Notes under the pieces: model-generated
What the model saw: the letters and a program-made list of their open reading frames with translations, nothing else
Told to the model about the DNA's origin: nothing
Databases searched by the model: none
Made by a program: the position numbers and the translations under genes
DNA from: Setoptus koraiensis
Taxonomy: Eukaryota; Animalia; Arthropoda
DNA: 64,000 nucleotides
Direction of reading: 5' to 3'
Assembly (NCBI GenBank): GCA_048013815.1
Contig: CM106586.1
Span: forward strand, 22,630,001 to 22,694,000
Part shown: one piece after another, positions 44,762-57,757 of the stretch
How the letters are laid out: every line of letters begins with the position of its first letter
How positions within the stretch are numbered: the first letter of the stretch is position 1

Positions 44762-47700
44762 AGCGGAGGCCTCGAGCGACTGCGCCGAGTGACTCGAACG
44801 GTCGCACTTGAGCCAAGCAAATCGCATGCTCCGCTCGCGGGCCACAATGATGCAACTCGGCGCCTTGCGGCCCCAAAGAAGCTGCAATGTGAGCCGGCAA
44901 AAGAAGCGAGCCATCCGATTCAGACGATCCGATTCAGACGATCCGATTCAGCTGATCTGACTCAGATGATCTGAGGCATCTCGCGTGGCCGAGAGCCGGC
45001 CCGTTGCGAGCGACGAGTCGATTGTTGTTGCCATTGTTGTTGTCGGCTCATTAGAGCTCATTTGTTTAGTGTGTTGAGCGAGCGAGCAGTGTTGCGCTCG
45101 CGCCGAGAGAAGCCTCTGCGAACTCGAACAGTCCGCGCGAATCGAACAGTTCGAACTCTAGATTCTAAATTCGAATTCGAATTCGAAGCGAAGCCGAGAA
45201 GCGCCTTCTCGAGCTGTCGACGGGCATGAGCGGGCCATTCGAAGCTTCGCTGCCGTTCGGAGCTTCTCTCGCCAACCGAGCTCGCACTGCGTTCGGGCGG
45301 CGAGCGCACTTTGATGATGATTTGCCCGCCGATCAGTTCTTCGGATTCCTCGTCCGATTGTTCGGCGCTTCAAGTGTTCTTGAGTTAACAACGACAACTC
45401 CTCATTGTTCCGCCAGCGACACCTGACAGCGACCGGCCGCGGCTCGAATCACGCAGCGGATCAGTTCGAATTTCGAAATGAAATGGAACCCGCTCCGACT
45501 GCTGCTCGTTTCATCGAATGCTCGTATCGTCTGTTGCTCGTTTCACCGAATGCGCGGCTAGCACGCGCCCGGCGGCCGCTTGCAAGCGCCACAGAAGATG
45601 GCGGCACAAGTGGCGCCATCTGGCGCACAGGTGCCCACGCAAACGGGCGCAAATTATGGACAGTCCATAGTGCACGCCGTCCCTTGTCGCTACTTGCGAG
45701 TTAATTGAGCGTGTCAGGTGACCAAACCGATTGATCGTTACCGGTCGATAGAAGCCGCGCCGGCGCCAAATTGAGCGGCGCCGGCGCGGCATCGGGCGCA
45801 CATTGGCTTGAAATGGGCAGGCGCAGGGGCGCATAAGAATGACTTTTAAGAATGTGCACAGTTGTTAACTGATGCGCCGCCGTGTATCCGCGCACGCATA
45901 CCTGAGCTGACCACGACTGACCAGCTGAGCCAAAAGCTGCCCGAAACCTGGCCGAAAACTGGCCGAAAATCGGCTCACCTGGTCACCTGAGCCCGCTTGG
46001 CCAGCCGTTCGGGTGACCAGGGCGCACAGTATCACATGGTACAGAATAGGTGGACAATGGCCGGGGTGCCCTACATTATTATTGTGGCGGTATTATTGCG
46101 GCATAACAGGGCACCCGATTGTGCGCACAATGTGCCAGGTGAGCGATGGGCGCCCGATTGTGCGTGCGCGCTGCTGTGGCGCCACTGTCGGCAACAATGC
46201 CGCTAATGCCGCTAATGCCGCTAATGCCGCTGATGCCGCTAATGCCAATTGATGATGCTGCCGCCAACAGGTACCAACAGGTAACGACATCATCAATTAG
46301 CGTTGCAATATTAGCATTGCAAACCGATGAATAGGCAAAGTTATCACGGGCGCAGGGCCATTCGCGGATGCGGCCGCGATTGTTACCGACTGGTCAGTTG
46401 GCCGAGCGGTCAGTCGGCGGCCGAGCGTGCGAGCCGGCCGCTCGTAAGTGGAGCACAATGGATCGCGATCCGCCAACGGCACACCGAGCAACCAGTGTCC
46501 GCTTTGTGTTCGCTGGTCGCCGTTCTCTGGTCGCCGTTCTCTGTTCGAATTGAGAATCGTTCGAATCGAGAGCTCGGAGCCGCTCGAACCGCGAATCGTT
46601 CGAGCGTTCCAAGTCGGAGCGCCCATCGGGCTGCGGTCGCGAACGTTGCCCATTGTGCGCGGCGCGCTACGAGGGCCGAATTGGCGCAACAATTGCGCAA
46701 TTGTGTGCATGCCGACCATTATTAAATCAATTAATTAGGCAAGCCGAGCGGCCTTCCGACACTGGCCGGCGCGCTGAACTGCGGCTCGCAGGCCGCAGTT
46801 GGTCACCTCACCGGTGCGGCCAAACCGACCGCTGGTGCGCTCGTAACAGCGCCCGGTCGGTGTGTCGGCCGGCCGCTGCAGCGACCGCGCGGGCCACTAC
46901 ACTGTATCCGATACACTGTATCCGATACAGTGTATCGAGCGCTCGGGCCTGGCAAGATGATTTATCGTCGCTGGCAGCGCAACAATATATCATGCGCGGC
47001 TCGCCGGTCGAGTGCTCACAATTATCACAATTATCAGGTATTGGTAGCACTGGTTGTGGCAATTGTCTGTGAGTTGTAAATCGCTGCGAATTGTGAATTG
47101 AAAATTGTGAATTGTGAATTGCAAATCGCGAATCGCGAATCGCCACTCGCCACTCGCAAATTGTAACTGTCTGTTTATAAATGATGCAACTTATTACGCA
47201 ACTTATTGCGCAACTCATTGCGCGACCGGTCACCAGCCGCTGGTGACCAGCGGTCACCGGTGTGCGCACAATCGGACACAATCTGTGGAGCAGCTCGCAT
47301 TGCATTGGCATGGGTGCCGAGAGAGCACGTAAATCATTTATAAATAGAAGTGGCGAGATTGTGTCACGATAGCACACGCCGTCCGCCCGACGTCGAGCTC
47401 TCACACTGGCGAGCCGGCCAACAGGTGAAGCGGCCACAACAGGTTGCAAACAGCTGACTTGTGTCAGCCTACTTGGCCCTGACACAAGTCCAATATTAGG
47501 CAATATATTACGCAATATCGCGCATCATAAACAACAGGCTGCCAGCTGACAATGAGCGAACAGATGACGCGACAAGATGAGGACGCCGAGATAAGCATCG
47601 AGCCAGCGATAATGTATGTGGCCCGTCATTGTTTTTAATACTGTCGTGATGGCCAGCTCGGCCTAATGGAGTCGCCCTACAAACGGGCGCACCGAAAACG

Positions 47701-47837
47701 CCAACCAACTGTCAGTGGCCGGCTGTCAGTTGCGCCCGTCAGCTGATGGCCGTCAGCTGCTGGCTGTCGGCCGACGAGGGCAGCTTCTTTTTCGCCAACT
47801 GGCCTCCCGACGTGCGACTTGCAGCGCCTCCCAGGCT

Positions 47838-47949
47838 GGAGCGGCCCGCGGTTGGAGCGGCCCGCGGTCGGAGCGGCCCGCGGTCGGAGCGGCCCGCGGT
47901 CGGAGCGGCCCGCGGTCGGAGCGGCCCGCGGTCGGAGCGGCCCGCGGTT
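47838..47949. repeat. GC-rich 16-bp minisatellite GGAGCGGCCCGCGGT(C/T) x7
   Basis: Read directly from the sequence. Confidence 0.95.
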
Positions 47950-49320
47950 CGGAGCGGCGCGGGTATTCGCGACACAACGGTGCTAATCGGCCACCGATCG
48001 GGCCCAAGCTCAGCGATGAGTTTCATCGACAATGCGCCGTCGAACGACGAGCCTGCGAGCACCGCGACAATCAGTCGCGCCGAGTGCGCCCTCGGCCAGA
48101 TCGTGGCCGCTGCCGGCCGTTGCGGGCTGCCGCGGCGCCAGCGCGATGATTAATTGAACTCAATTAGTCAAACGGAACAGTCAGGCGAGACATTACATGA
48201 TGTAATTCGCACGACACGCTGGCGGGCCGCCTGGCTGACGGGCCACTGGCGCACTGATGGCCCGATAGGCTGACGGGATGACGGGATGACGGGCTGACGG
48301 GCCGATCGGCCGATAGGCGCCCCAGATACAGGTCGAGTGGGCCGCGTCGAGCAAACGGAGTGAGCGGACCGAACGGAGCGGCTCGATTCGAGCGGCTCGA
48401 CCGAATCGGCTCACGCAGCCTCGAAGGCGTTGCATGAGGCGTCACATGGAGCCACCACAGGCCAGTATGATTAATTAATTAGATGATCGTATCATCGGCA
48501 TCGACGCCGACATTGGCGGCACCGCTTGCCCGCGAACCGCCGCCAAGTTTAGCTGGCCGGCCGTCCATTGGCCGGCGTTGCAACTTGATAAATTGGACGG
48601 CAGCGGCGGCGGCGAAAATTAAACGCCGGCTCGCTTAACAAACTCAACACGACGCGGGCCAGCCCGAGCGGCGGCAAATCGCATCTCGGGCGCACTTGTT
48701 GTTGCTGTTGCCGTTGTTGTTGTTGCTGTTGCGCCAGCGGACAGCAGCGGCCAGAAACGGGCTGCTCGAGCTGACCAGTGGCCAGAGCGTCCGAGTGAGC
48801 AGACTGGTCAACTCGAGGCTCGAGCAGCGGCCAACAGAGCGCCGCTCGCAAGCTCGCAGCGGCCAGCGGACGAGCCTGTTGCGTAATATCTCAATATTTA
48901 CCTGCGCAGCCATTACGCAACTTGCTCACTACCATAATATGCTCACTACTATAATATGCTCATTACTATTATTGTGCAATAAGCGAGCGATGGCGGCCGC
49001 GGCGCAATTGAGCGATCGGCCGCCGGCTGACCTTGATACAATCGGGCGGCGGTCGTGTAGATGGCCGGGCGTGATTTCAGGGTCAGTCAGCCTGTGTGTC
49101 GGGCGCGCTCGCAGCCGGCCCGACACACACACAGAGTCCGCCTGCGAGCCGGCCGATGCGGACGGGCAGCACTCAAAGTGCTAATGAGTGTCTACCTGTT
49201 CGAAGCTTCTTCTTCGTCTCGCTGCCTGCAACGCTGCCGGTGTTGTGGCCGGCGCAACGATGATTAATGATGATCGTCCCATTGCACCTGTTGATTCCCC
49301 GTGATTCTCTCATTTTCTCT

Positions 49321-49376
49321 CCGTCCATTCGGCCGCTCTCCGTCCATTCGGCCGCTCTCCGTCCATTCGGCCGCTC
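49321..49376. repeat. 19-bp tandem repeat CCGTCCATTCGGCCGCTCT x3
   Basis: Read directly; the last copy lacks the final base. Confidence 0.9.
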
Positions 49377-51552
49377 GCAATCAGCTGGCCGTGAGCTGTC
49401 CGAGGCTGTTTAACTGTGTATAAATACTGTCTGTTGGCGCAACTCGCAACTCGCCGAGACCCGTCAACGGTCACCTACGTTACGCAATGCGACTGGCTTG
49501 CGCAGTCGCTGTTGGTCAGTCGCTGTTGGTCAGTGTCGGGCCGGCAGTGTTGAGAAACCAACAGCAACTTGCGCCGAGGCGCCTATGCCCAGTGATTCGG
49601 CTGTGATTCGCCGGCGCTTCGCTGCCAGTGAATAATGAATGAAAATTGATGATGTTGCCGGCGCAGCTTGACTGTTTGGCCGCTTCGCCGGGCTGCCTCG
49701 TCGGGCTGCTGCCGGCGCGAACGCCCGTCCGTCTGGCCGAGAATCTCGGCGCCGATAATGCGAATTGCTGAGCTTGCGCCGGGCTAAATTCAACAATTTG
49801 CAACTCACACACAAGCGCATGTGTGATTGGCAAATGATTTATGATGCCTCCATGGCCACGATTGTGTCATCATCACCCGCGAGCAGCAAACTCTCACCTG
49901 AGCGCACAACAGCAACAACAACATCGACAGCAACAACAGCGACAGCAGCAACAGCAACAACAACAACGGCAACACCGACAGCAGCGAGCGTTCGATGGGC
50001 ATCACTCACTCGCCTGTCGAGACATCTCATTCATATTCATATCGGCACATTCGTGTTTGGCTCGCCATACCGGCCCGATCTTCGCACTCCGGCCGCGCCG
50101 GCCGAGCCCGATATTCGCCTGCCGGCCGAGCCGACGGCTCAGAGTGTGGCCACTCTTTTCATTCCTTGCGCCCTGATCTTCGCTTCGGCGCGGCCGGCGC
50201 GCACTCTTCGAACTCGCCCGAGAACTCGCCCGCGAACTCGACCGACGGAGAGCTCGCCAGTCGAGAATTCGCCAGTCGAGAACTCGCCAGTCGAGAACTC
50301 GCCGGTCGAGAACTCAACAGACGCGCAGCTCGACAGACGCGGAGCGCGGCCAGCCGTGGGCAGCCAGCATCGCGGTGCCAGTGCGGCCGAGCGGGCCTGC
50401 GCAACTGGGGCCGCCCGCAGAAGCCCATTGATCATTGTCAGCCGGTCAGCTGGCCGCGGATTACTGTCCGAATCAATCGCGCTCGCGCCGAGCCGGCCGG
50501 CTCATGCTGTTCGCGGCTGTCCGCCGCCATCCGCCGTCATCCGCTGCTGTCCGAGGCCGCTCGCGGCTGCCCGAAGCCGGCCGGACAGCTCACAGGTCGC
50601 GAGTCGGCGCGCGCTTGATCGCGCCGACTCGCCTATTCGCCGACTCGCCAGACCAGACCGGCCGGCCGGCCCGACCCGGCCCGGCACACGTCATTTGGCA
50701 CACTCGATTTGGCACACACTGATCTGATTATTATTTATCATCATTGTTATCATTATTTATCATTCATCATCATTTATCATTCATTATTCACTATTTATTA
50801 TCTGGTATTAATCCCACTGCTGCCATTAGCGCGCTGTGTGATGCAACTTTTGGCAACTTGGCTCGGCCTGGCAACAGTTGCCGAATAGTGTTAGTGTCCG
50901 ATAGTAATGCCATAAACTATTGAATAATATTATTGTGTTTGGATAGATAAAACGACAGCACGATCCTTATCGCACTGATTAATTAACGTTGTTGTTTTGC
51001 ACTTGTCAAATTGGCCTCGCGCCAATTTGGCCAGCGCGCCAAGCGAGCGGCCAATTTGGCAAGCGAGTGGGCGACCCATTGACGGCCATACATTAATCAT
51101 GCACACGCGCTTGTTTGCATTTGGTTTTGCTTTATTTGCATTTGCGAAACTCTCGCGTCTTATGTAACTATTGCTGTTTGCATTTGAATGTAACTCTTGC
51201 ATTTGTTTGTTGCGTAACTTGTTGTGTTTGTTATCAAGTCACAAATCACATTATCAGCATACATCATCGGCATGCATTATCAGATCAATGGTACAGCGAG
51301 CGGGTCATCAAGACCGACAATGAATCGCCAGGCCGGCTTAATATCGGCTTAATATATCAGCTTGTTGCCACATATCGCTCGCATATCGATCGCAAACAGC
51401 ATGCGATTGGCGTTTGGCACCGATTTATGCAAATGATGTCGTGGTCGCTTCCTTTGTGCCCATTGTGCTGCTGCGACTCGACTCTTGGGGCTGCGACTCG
51501 ACTCGTCGAGCTGTCACTCGAAGGGGCCCGCATCGATTGACCACGCACCCTG

Positions 51553-52594
51553 TTACGTAACTTGTTGCGCACCTTGTTACGTGAACGTCTGTTGCGCAAC
51601 TTGCCGCAGTTACGTAATATCGTGTCCATCCATGGTAGTAGCGCCCAACTAGGTGCATATGCTACACGATGGACAACGTATTACGTAACTGCAGTTGCCA
51701 AATCGGCTCCTAATGCGAGCTGTTTACTCTGGCGCTGTGTCCACTGCTGCCGCTCTGACACTTGTTACGTAACAATACGTAACGTACAAGTTACGTATTG
51801 TTGTTATATTGTTACTTGTTTACCTCACTACTGCCATGCGTGTGTTGCACAACAACACACGACAAGTGGACAGGTGAGCGGCTAGTGGGGCTCACTGTGC
51901 CGGCACAGCAACCAGAGTGGCGCTGATTGGTCAAGTCGCAAATCTCGCGCAGCTTGGGCTCGCACAGCGAAGCCTCGAGCTATTTCTCAGGCGCTGCCTC
52001 AAAGAGATTTGATTTGCGATTGCATAATCTCCACAGACGGAGCTTGCATGATCAGCTGTTATCATCATCGCGCGCGCTTGTATCATCATCATCGATTGAT
52101 TGTTGTGTGCGCGGCCATTGTTTTACGTTGTCGTTGTTGCTGTCGCTGTTGTTGTTGTTGCTGTTGCTGTTGTTGTGGCGACCTTGTCCGCTGGCTGGTC
52201 AGCGCAGTCGATCGCTTTGTAAAGGCCAGATCTCTCGCTGACGCTCGCACTGTTTGTGTCCATTGTTTGTGTCCAGCGACAACGACAGCAACAGCGACAG
52301 CACCGGCAACAACCACAACAGCGTCAACTACGAACGACGGCGGCAACTTCCTCGTTGTTGCAACAGCCGCATCATGGCGCAACATTATGCTGCAACAAGC
52401 CACGACTATCGCCGCTGCCGAATATCGTTACTGTGCTGTCAGTAGTACGATAGCACGCAGTATCATACTTTGTTACGTAACTTTTTGCGCTCGTTAGCCA
52501 CCAATGTTGGCCGCTCAATGCCAGCCAGCTAGCCAGCCAGCTAGCAGCGAGTCAACGTTGGCCACTGACGCGCCACAGCTAACAGGTTACGTAA
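51553..52594. promoter_or_regulatory. Cluster of six TTACGTAA palindromes (PAR-bZIP/Vrille/C-EBP-type sites), candidate intronic enhancer
   Basis: Copies at 51553, 51610, 51681, 51765, 52473 and 52587. The function is inferred from the known PAR-bZIP consensus TTACGTAA. Confidence 0.5.
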
Positions 52595-53102
52595 CAGGTA
52601 TGCTTATGTGATGTAACGAGACAAAGACGAGATGCTGCTTGTAATTGATACCATGATCGATGATATGAACTTGACAAGACAACAACAACAAGAAGAAGAT
52701 ATTACCATGTCTCGATATGTCGTAATATGCCCGCCACCAAATCGATGCTGCTGCTGTCGACTGCTCCGAGACGCCGGCCACAGACTGCGCGACTCGATGC
52801 CCAATCGCCAGTGGCCAGTCGCTGGTTGGCCGTGCATATTATGCAACCGACGCGCCAATGGCGGGTTACACAAACACATTGTCTAGTGTGTTGCGCAACC
52901 ACACACTTGGCGGTTACAACAACAACAACAGCAACAACCGCAGCAGCGGCATCAACAGGTGAACTGCGGCCGGCGAGCGACAACAATCAATTGACGACAA
53001 TCAGGCGAGGATCAAAGGATGCTAAACTAGCCATCGCATCGCCGGCGCAATCAATTGAGAGGCTCAATTTGAGACAACATCGCATGTGTGCCGTTGTAAA
53101 TA

Positions 53103-53235
53103 TTGTTGTTGCCGCTGTTGTTGTTGCCGCTGTTGTTGTTGCCGTTGTTGTTGTTGCCGCTGTTGTTGTTGCCGCTGTTGTTGTTGCCGCTGTTGTTGTT
53201 GCCGCTGTTGTTGTTGCCGGCGTTGTTGTTGCCGG
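53103..53235. repeat. 15-bp tandem repeat TGTTGTTGTTGCCGC (about 8 copies)
   Basis: Read directly from the sequence. Confidence 0.9.
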
Positions 53236-55002
53236 CGCGGCGGCCGTGATTAACCGATTGATGCTTGCATGCCAGGCCGTTGACCCCAGGTATTGTTGCT
53301 GGCCATGATACTGGCCGGCGCTGCTGTTGTTGTTGTTGTTGCCCATTGCGTAATATCACACCAGTCACAAGTCGGCGGCGCCCGCCGTTTGCCACGACCG
53401 CTGCCGTGGCCGCTCGCAAGGGTATGCCTCGGCCACTGGTCACTATGGTCACAGCTGTCGGTCAGCTGTTCGGCCGATCAGCCGGTCAGTTGTTGAGCTG
53501 TCGAGATGTTGAGCCGGTCAGCTGATCGCTGGACTGGTGTTGGTGTCACACAGACTGGGCTGACAGTAGGCAGTGGCCAGCTGACAGTGGCCAGCTGACA
53601 GTGGCCAGTTGACAGTCGACAGTAAGCAGCTGACAGTTGACATTTGACAGGCACTTACCAGAGGCATCAGCTGAGCGGCGGCAGGTGACAGGTGACAGAG
53701 GCAGAGTGCGTAGGACAGGTAATGTAGCGAGAGGGAATGTTCTCACGGTGTGCAAGTTGACTAATTGAATTATCATCGTGATTCATTACGTTGTGCGCCA
53801 AGTGCTTGCGAGCGGCGCAGTGCATTAATTAGGGCGCCGTTGTCGCGCATTGTTTTGTTGGCCGCTGCTCGAATAGCGCCGCTTGCCGCAACGCACAATG
53901 TTACGCAATAGACATTATATAACATAACATAATATACATTATATAATATAATATAATGTATATTGAATAATATATATTATGTAATATGTATTCGTCACCT
54001 ACAAGTTGCTGCAAAAGGGGCCGCAACAGTGCTGTTGCTGTTTTACTGTCGCCGACAATTAGTGTCTGACAATGTGAAATTGCGACTGCTCACAAATTGC
54101 GACCACTGGCACTATGCGAGCGAGTGTGAGAGAGTAATTAATAGCCGCCAATGGTCAGCTGGTAGCCGGTCGCTCTAATTAACGAGCCGATGCTGACAAG
54201 GTGAGTGCTGAGTGTCGCCGTCAACTGTCAACTTGTTGCCAGTTGCCGGCCGGCGTTGCGTTTATTGGCGCACCGTCGCCGCCATCTAGCCGCCAAATAA
54301 AACAAACAAACTGAACAAGTGAGCGGCCACAACAACTGGCGGCCAGTAAACTGTTTACTTTCGGCCGCTCGTCGGCACCGACGGCAAACAACAACAGCGA
54401 CAACCAAAGCAGCGACAACAACAACAGCAACAGCTTGACAGCAACTGAAACTTGTGACCGTTTTATCCGCTCGTCGGGCGAGCGCCGACAGATAAAATGA
54501 GTAGAAATCACACACTTATCGCGTTGTGTCATCAGCCGCTCGCCGCTGCCAAATCCGATATGCACTGGCCGCGCCGTGACTGTGAGAATCGCATGCCGGC
54601 CAGCTTGACGATATCTCCGGCTCACACTCTCGTAATATCTCCTCGCGGTCTCACAATATCCGTCGCGGTCTCACAATATCCCCTCGCAATCTCACAGTAT
54701 CTGTCGCGGCCGCACAACATCCGGCGCGACATCTCTGGCAGACGCAAACAAACAAACTCTAACCACTCTCATCTGTCTATCTCACATCTATTTTTGTATT
54801 TATGCACCGCAACATCTATTATCACTCCGTGTGCCCGTTGCGCGTCGCCCGTCACCTGGCGCCCACAAATGCAACTACTCGCGCATTGCGCACCACCCAC
54901 CGGACCGGACCCGACCCGACCGTCAAATCGTGGTCGTTGCGCCATGATCGCCGTTATGGCCGTTACATATAACATTATACAACATGACGCAACAACGCGC
55001 AG

Positions 55003-55101
55003 TACGGCGACAGCGCCCTCCATACGGCCGCCCGGTACGGCCACGCGGGCGTGGCCAGGATACTAATAAGCGCCAAGAGCAACGTCAATCAAATGAACAA
55101 G
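55003..55101 (+). CDS. ANKRD6: ANKRD6/diego-like, coding exon 4 (99 nt, ankyrin repeat 4)
   Basis: cgcgcag|YGDSALHTAARYGHAGVARILISAKSNVNQMNK|gtaagt; matches ANKRD6 GDTCLHVAARYNH. Phase 0-0. Confidence 0.93.
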
Positions 55102-56280
55102 GTAAGTCAGATGGGGTAGCGAGATTTTCACGGGGTGTCACACCCCCCAAAAGCGGGGCACTAGTCCGTCCCGACCAGTGCCCTTGCCGGGGATGACCTT
55201 GATCGGGCGCGCAGAGAGCGCGCCCGATTGGCAGATTGAATGAGCACACAATTAGCCGCCGAATGGCTTTTTGATAATAACAATAATACAACAACAACAA
55301 CAACAACAACGTCCTCGACAGCGACACAGTCGGCAGCCAACTAATGTCATGTGTAATCTCTCGCGGGCTCGTTCTCGCCCAAAAATGACGACCTATAAAT
55401 TACGTAATGTAACATTTATCATAATGACAGTTGCTGTCACAGATACAGCGAGCCAGCAGCTGAGATATGAGAACCTCGTTGGTTATTTTCCCAGCCAATG
55501 TTGTCCAGTGCTGTGAGCAGTTTGTGCTGACATTGTGTCCGAGAGATAGGAGAGGGCTTAAGTGGCGGCGGATAAATCCGCCGGCAAGTTCAAGTTCAAC
55601 GAGACGAGCCAGGGATAATGCGCGCCATTATGCGCCATTATGCAGCGCCGAGCGCATAATGACGCAACGTACGTAATGACGCAACAACAACATGACGCAA
55701 CAACAGCGCAGCAACGAGCGAAGCCATGATAGCAGTGCCAGTGGACGGCGCGCTGGACAGCATAGTGGACAGCATAGTGGACAGCGCGCCGGACAACAGG
55801 TGAATGGTGACATACAAGATGTTGCATGTGCTCACATTGTGCAGTGAGTGTGTGTGATATTTACCTGTTCACCTGGGCAAAATGTGAACAGGTGAACAGG
55901 TAAATGCAGGTATTATGAGGCAACAGGTGAACTGCACTGTGCTCACACTCGTAGCTCTGCTCACAGTGTCAGCTGACAGTGAGCACACTGCTAATAGCAC
56001 TGTGAGCTGGCCCAGCGAACAGGTGAGCCGACGGACAGGTGAATTTGCATTTGGCGGCGAATTTGGGCGAGTTGCGTAATTGAGCGCGCATGTTGCGTCA
56101 CGTTGCCGTGGAAACGGCCACTTGCCGGCTCGGCGCGTTCAAGCACTCGCAACTTGTGAGAGCCGCGATAATCTCTGGGCCGCAGTTGGCATTGTCCGCT
56201 AACTGGGCTCGACGGCTCGCACTTGCCGGCGGCCGCTCGTCGGTGCGAGCGCCGCGAAAATTATCGCCCAAATTACAACT

Positions 56281-56430
56281 GCAAAATTTGGCAAAATTCG
56301 GCAAGATTCGGCAAGATTCGGCAAGATTCGGCAAGATTCGGCAAGATTTGGCAAAATTTGGCAAGATTCGGCAAAAATTCGCAAGATTTGGCGAATTTCG
56401 GCGGATTTGGCGAGATTTCGCAAGATTGCG
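56281..56430. repeat. 10-bp tandem repeat GCAA(G/A)ATT(C/T)G; nine in-phase copies, then degenerate
   Basis: Read directly from the sequence. Confidence 0.9.
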
Positions 56431-57658
56431 CTAAATGAGGCCGAGCCCAATTTCGCCAGATGATACAATTGTACGAGTGTTGTTGCCAACTGGCTGCAAC
56501 GGATAGACTCTGTCGAGTGGCGGCGGCCGCTGCAATATTATATAATGTAATATTACATAATGTGGCATCACATAATGAGTTATTGCGCGATGCGTTTTTG
56601 CGTAATGCGAGCGATAATCTGCGTGCGATAATCAGACACGATAGACGTGGGCCATTGTTGATTGGTGGTCTCCGTGCGCGCAAAGTCGAGCAACGACACA
56701 ACTCGGACATGGCACGAATTGGTGCGATATGCATCGTTGAGACTCTCAAATTGAGAGTCGCAATTTGAGAGGGGCGTAACGACCGAGCGCGGGCAGTTTC
56801 CTCGGGTTTGAAGAGTTTGTGAATTTCGCTAAATTGGCAAAGATGCCAAATTCGCAGCGATGCCAAGTTTGCAGAGATACAGCTCGGGCAACTTGTTACA
56901 GGTGAGCTGCAACTGTGAGTTGGCTGCGAAATTTTGCTACAAGTTTGCCGCTGGACAGAGCCGCGGTCTGGTGATGCAATAAGCAATAGGCCAGCGCGCG
57001 GGTGTCTATTGTCACGATGTCGAGCTCGGTTACAATTAGCGCCGGAGATCGCCGATAGGAGATTGGCCAGCGTGGGCCAGCGTGGGCCAGAGCGAGCGAG
57101 CCGCCCAATGTAAACTTTACATTGCACAGACCCAACGTAAAGCCCGCTGAGAAGTCAGATGTCGAGTCCGATGCAAAGTCCGACGCGAAGCCTGATGCGG
57201 AGCGGACATCGGCGAAATCAGTGGCCGTCAATGGACTAGATCTTGGCGATTAGATTGTCGGGCTCGCTTGCATATCTGCTCGGGTTTATCTCGAATTATC
57301 TCGAATTATCTCGAATCACATCGCGATTCGCGAATGTTTATCGCAAAGCTGCCAGTTTGCATAGTGCTGGCGTTAGATGGACAACTGGCAAACTGAGCGA
57401 CTCTCGCATCTCTCACATCTGCCAAACTGACCGGTAAAATGTATAGCCTGTATTAATAATTATCCTCTAATCTCGTTATCACTGCCCACCAATGTTATCG
57501 ACCAATTGCTCACGGTGTTGCAAACAATACAAATTGCGCAAATTGAATAACGACGACACGCCGGCCAACGACAACAACAACAACGGCGACGACAACGACG
57601 ACCACGACGACGACGACCACGACGCAACAACCAACGGCATTGTCAATTGTATAAACAG

Positions 57659-57757
57659 AACCACGACACACCGCTGCACATAGCGGCCGCCATGGGCCGA
57701 AGAAAGCTGACCAAGATTTTCATGCAGGCCGGCTGCGATCCGGCCATCAAAAACAAG
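57659..57757 (+). CDS. ANKRD6: ANKRD6/diego-like, coding exon 5 (99 nt, ankyrin repeat 5)
   Basis: ataaacag|NHDTPLHIAAAMGRRKLTKIFMQAGCDPAIKNK|gtgagt. Phase 0-0. Confidence 0.93.

Noticed and set aside
49765-50727. 320-codon plus ORF
   Set aside because: TTG start; dominated by a CAA microsatellite and 15-bp (SPVEN) and 12-bp tandem repeats; no recognisable domain.
56273-57127. 284-codon minus ORF
   Set aside because: Non-ATG start; ends in the 10-bp repeat array; no motif.
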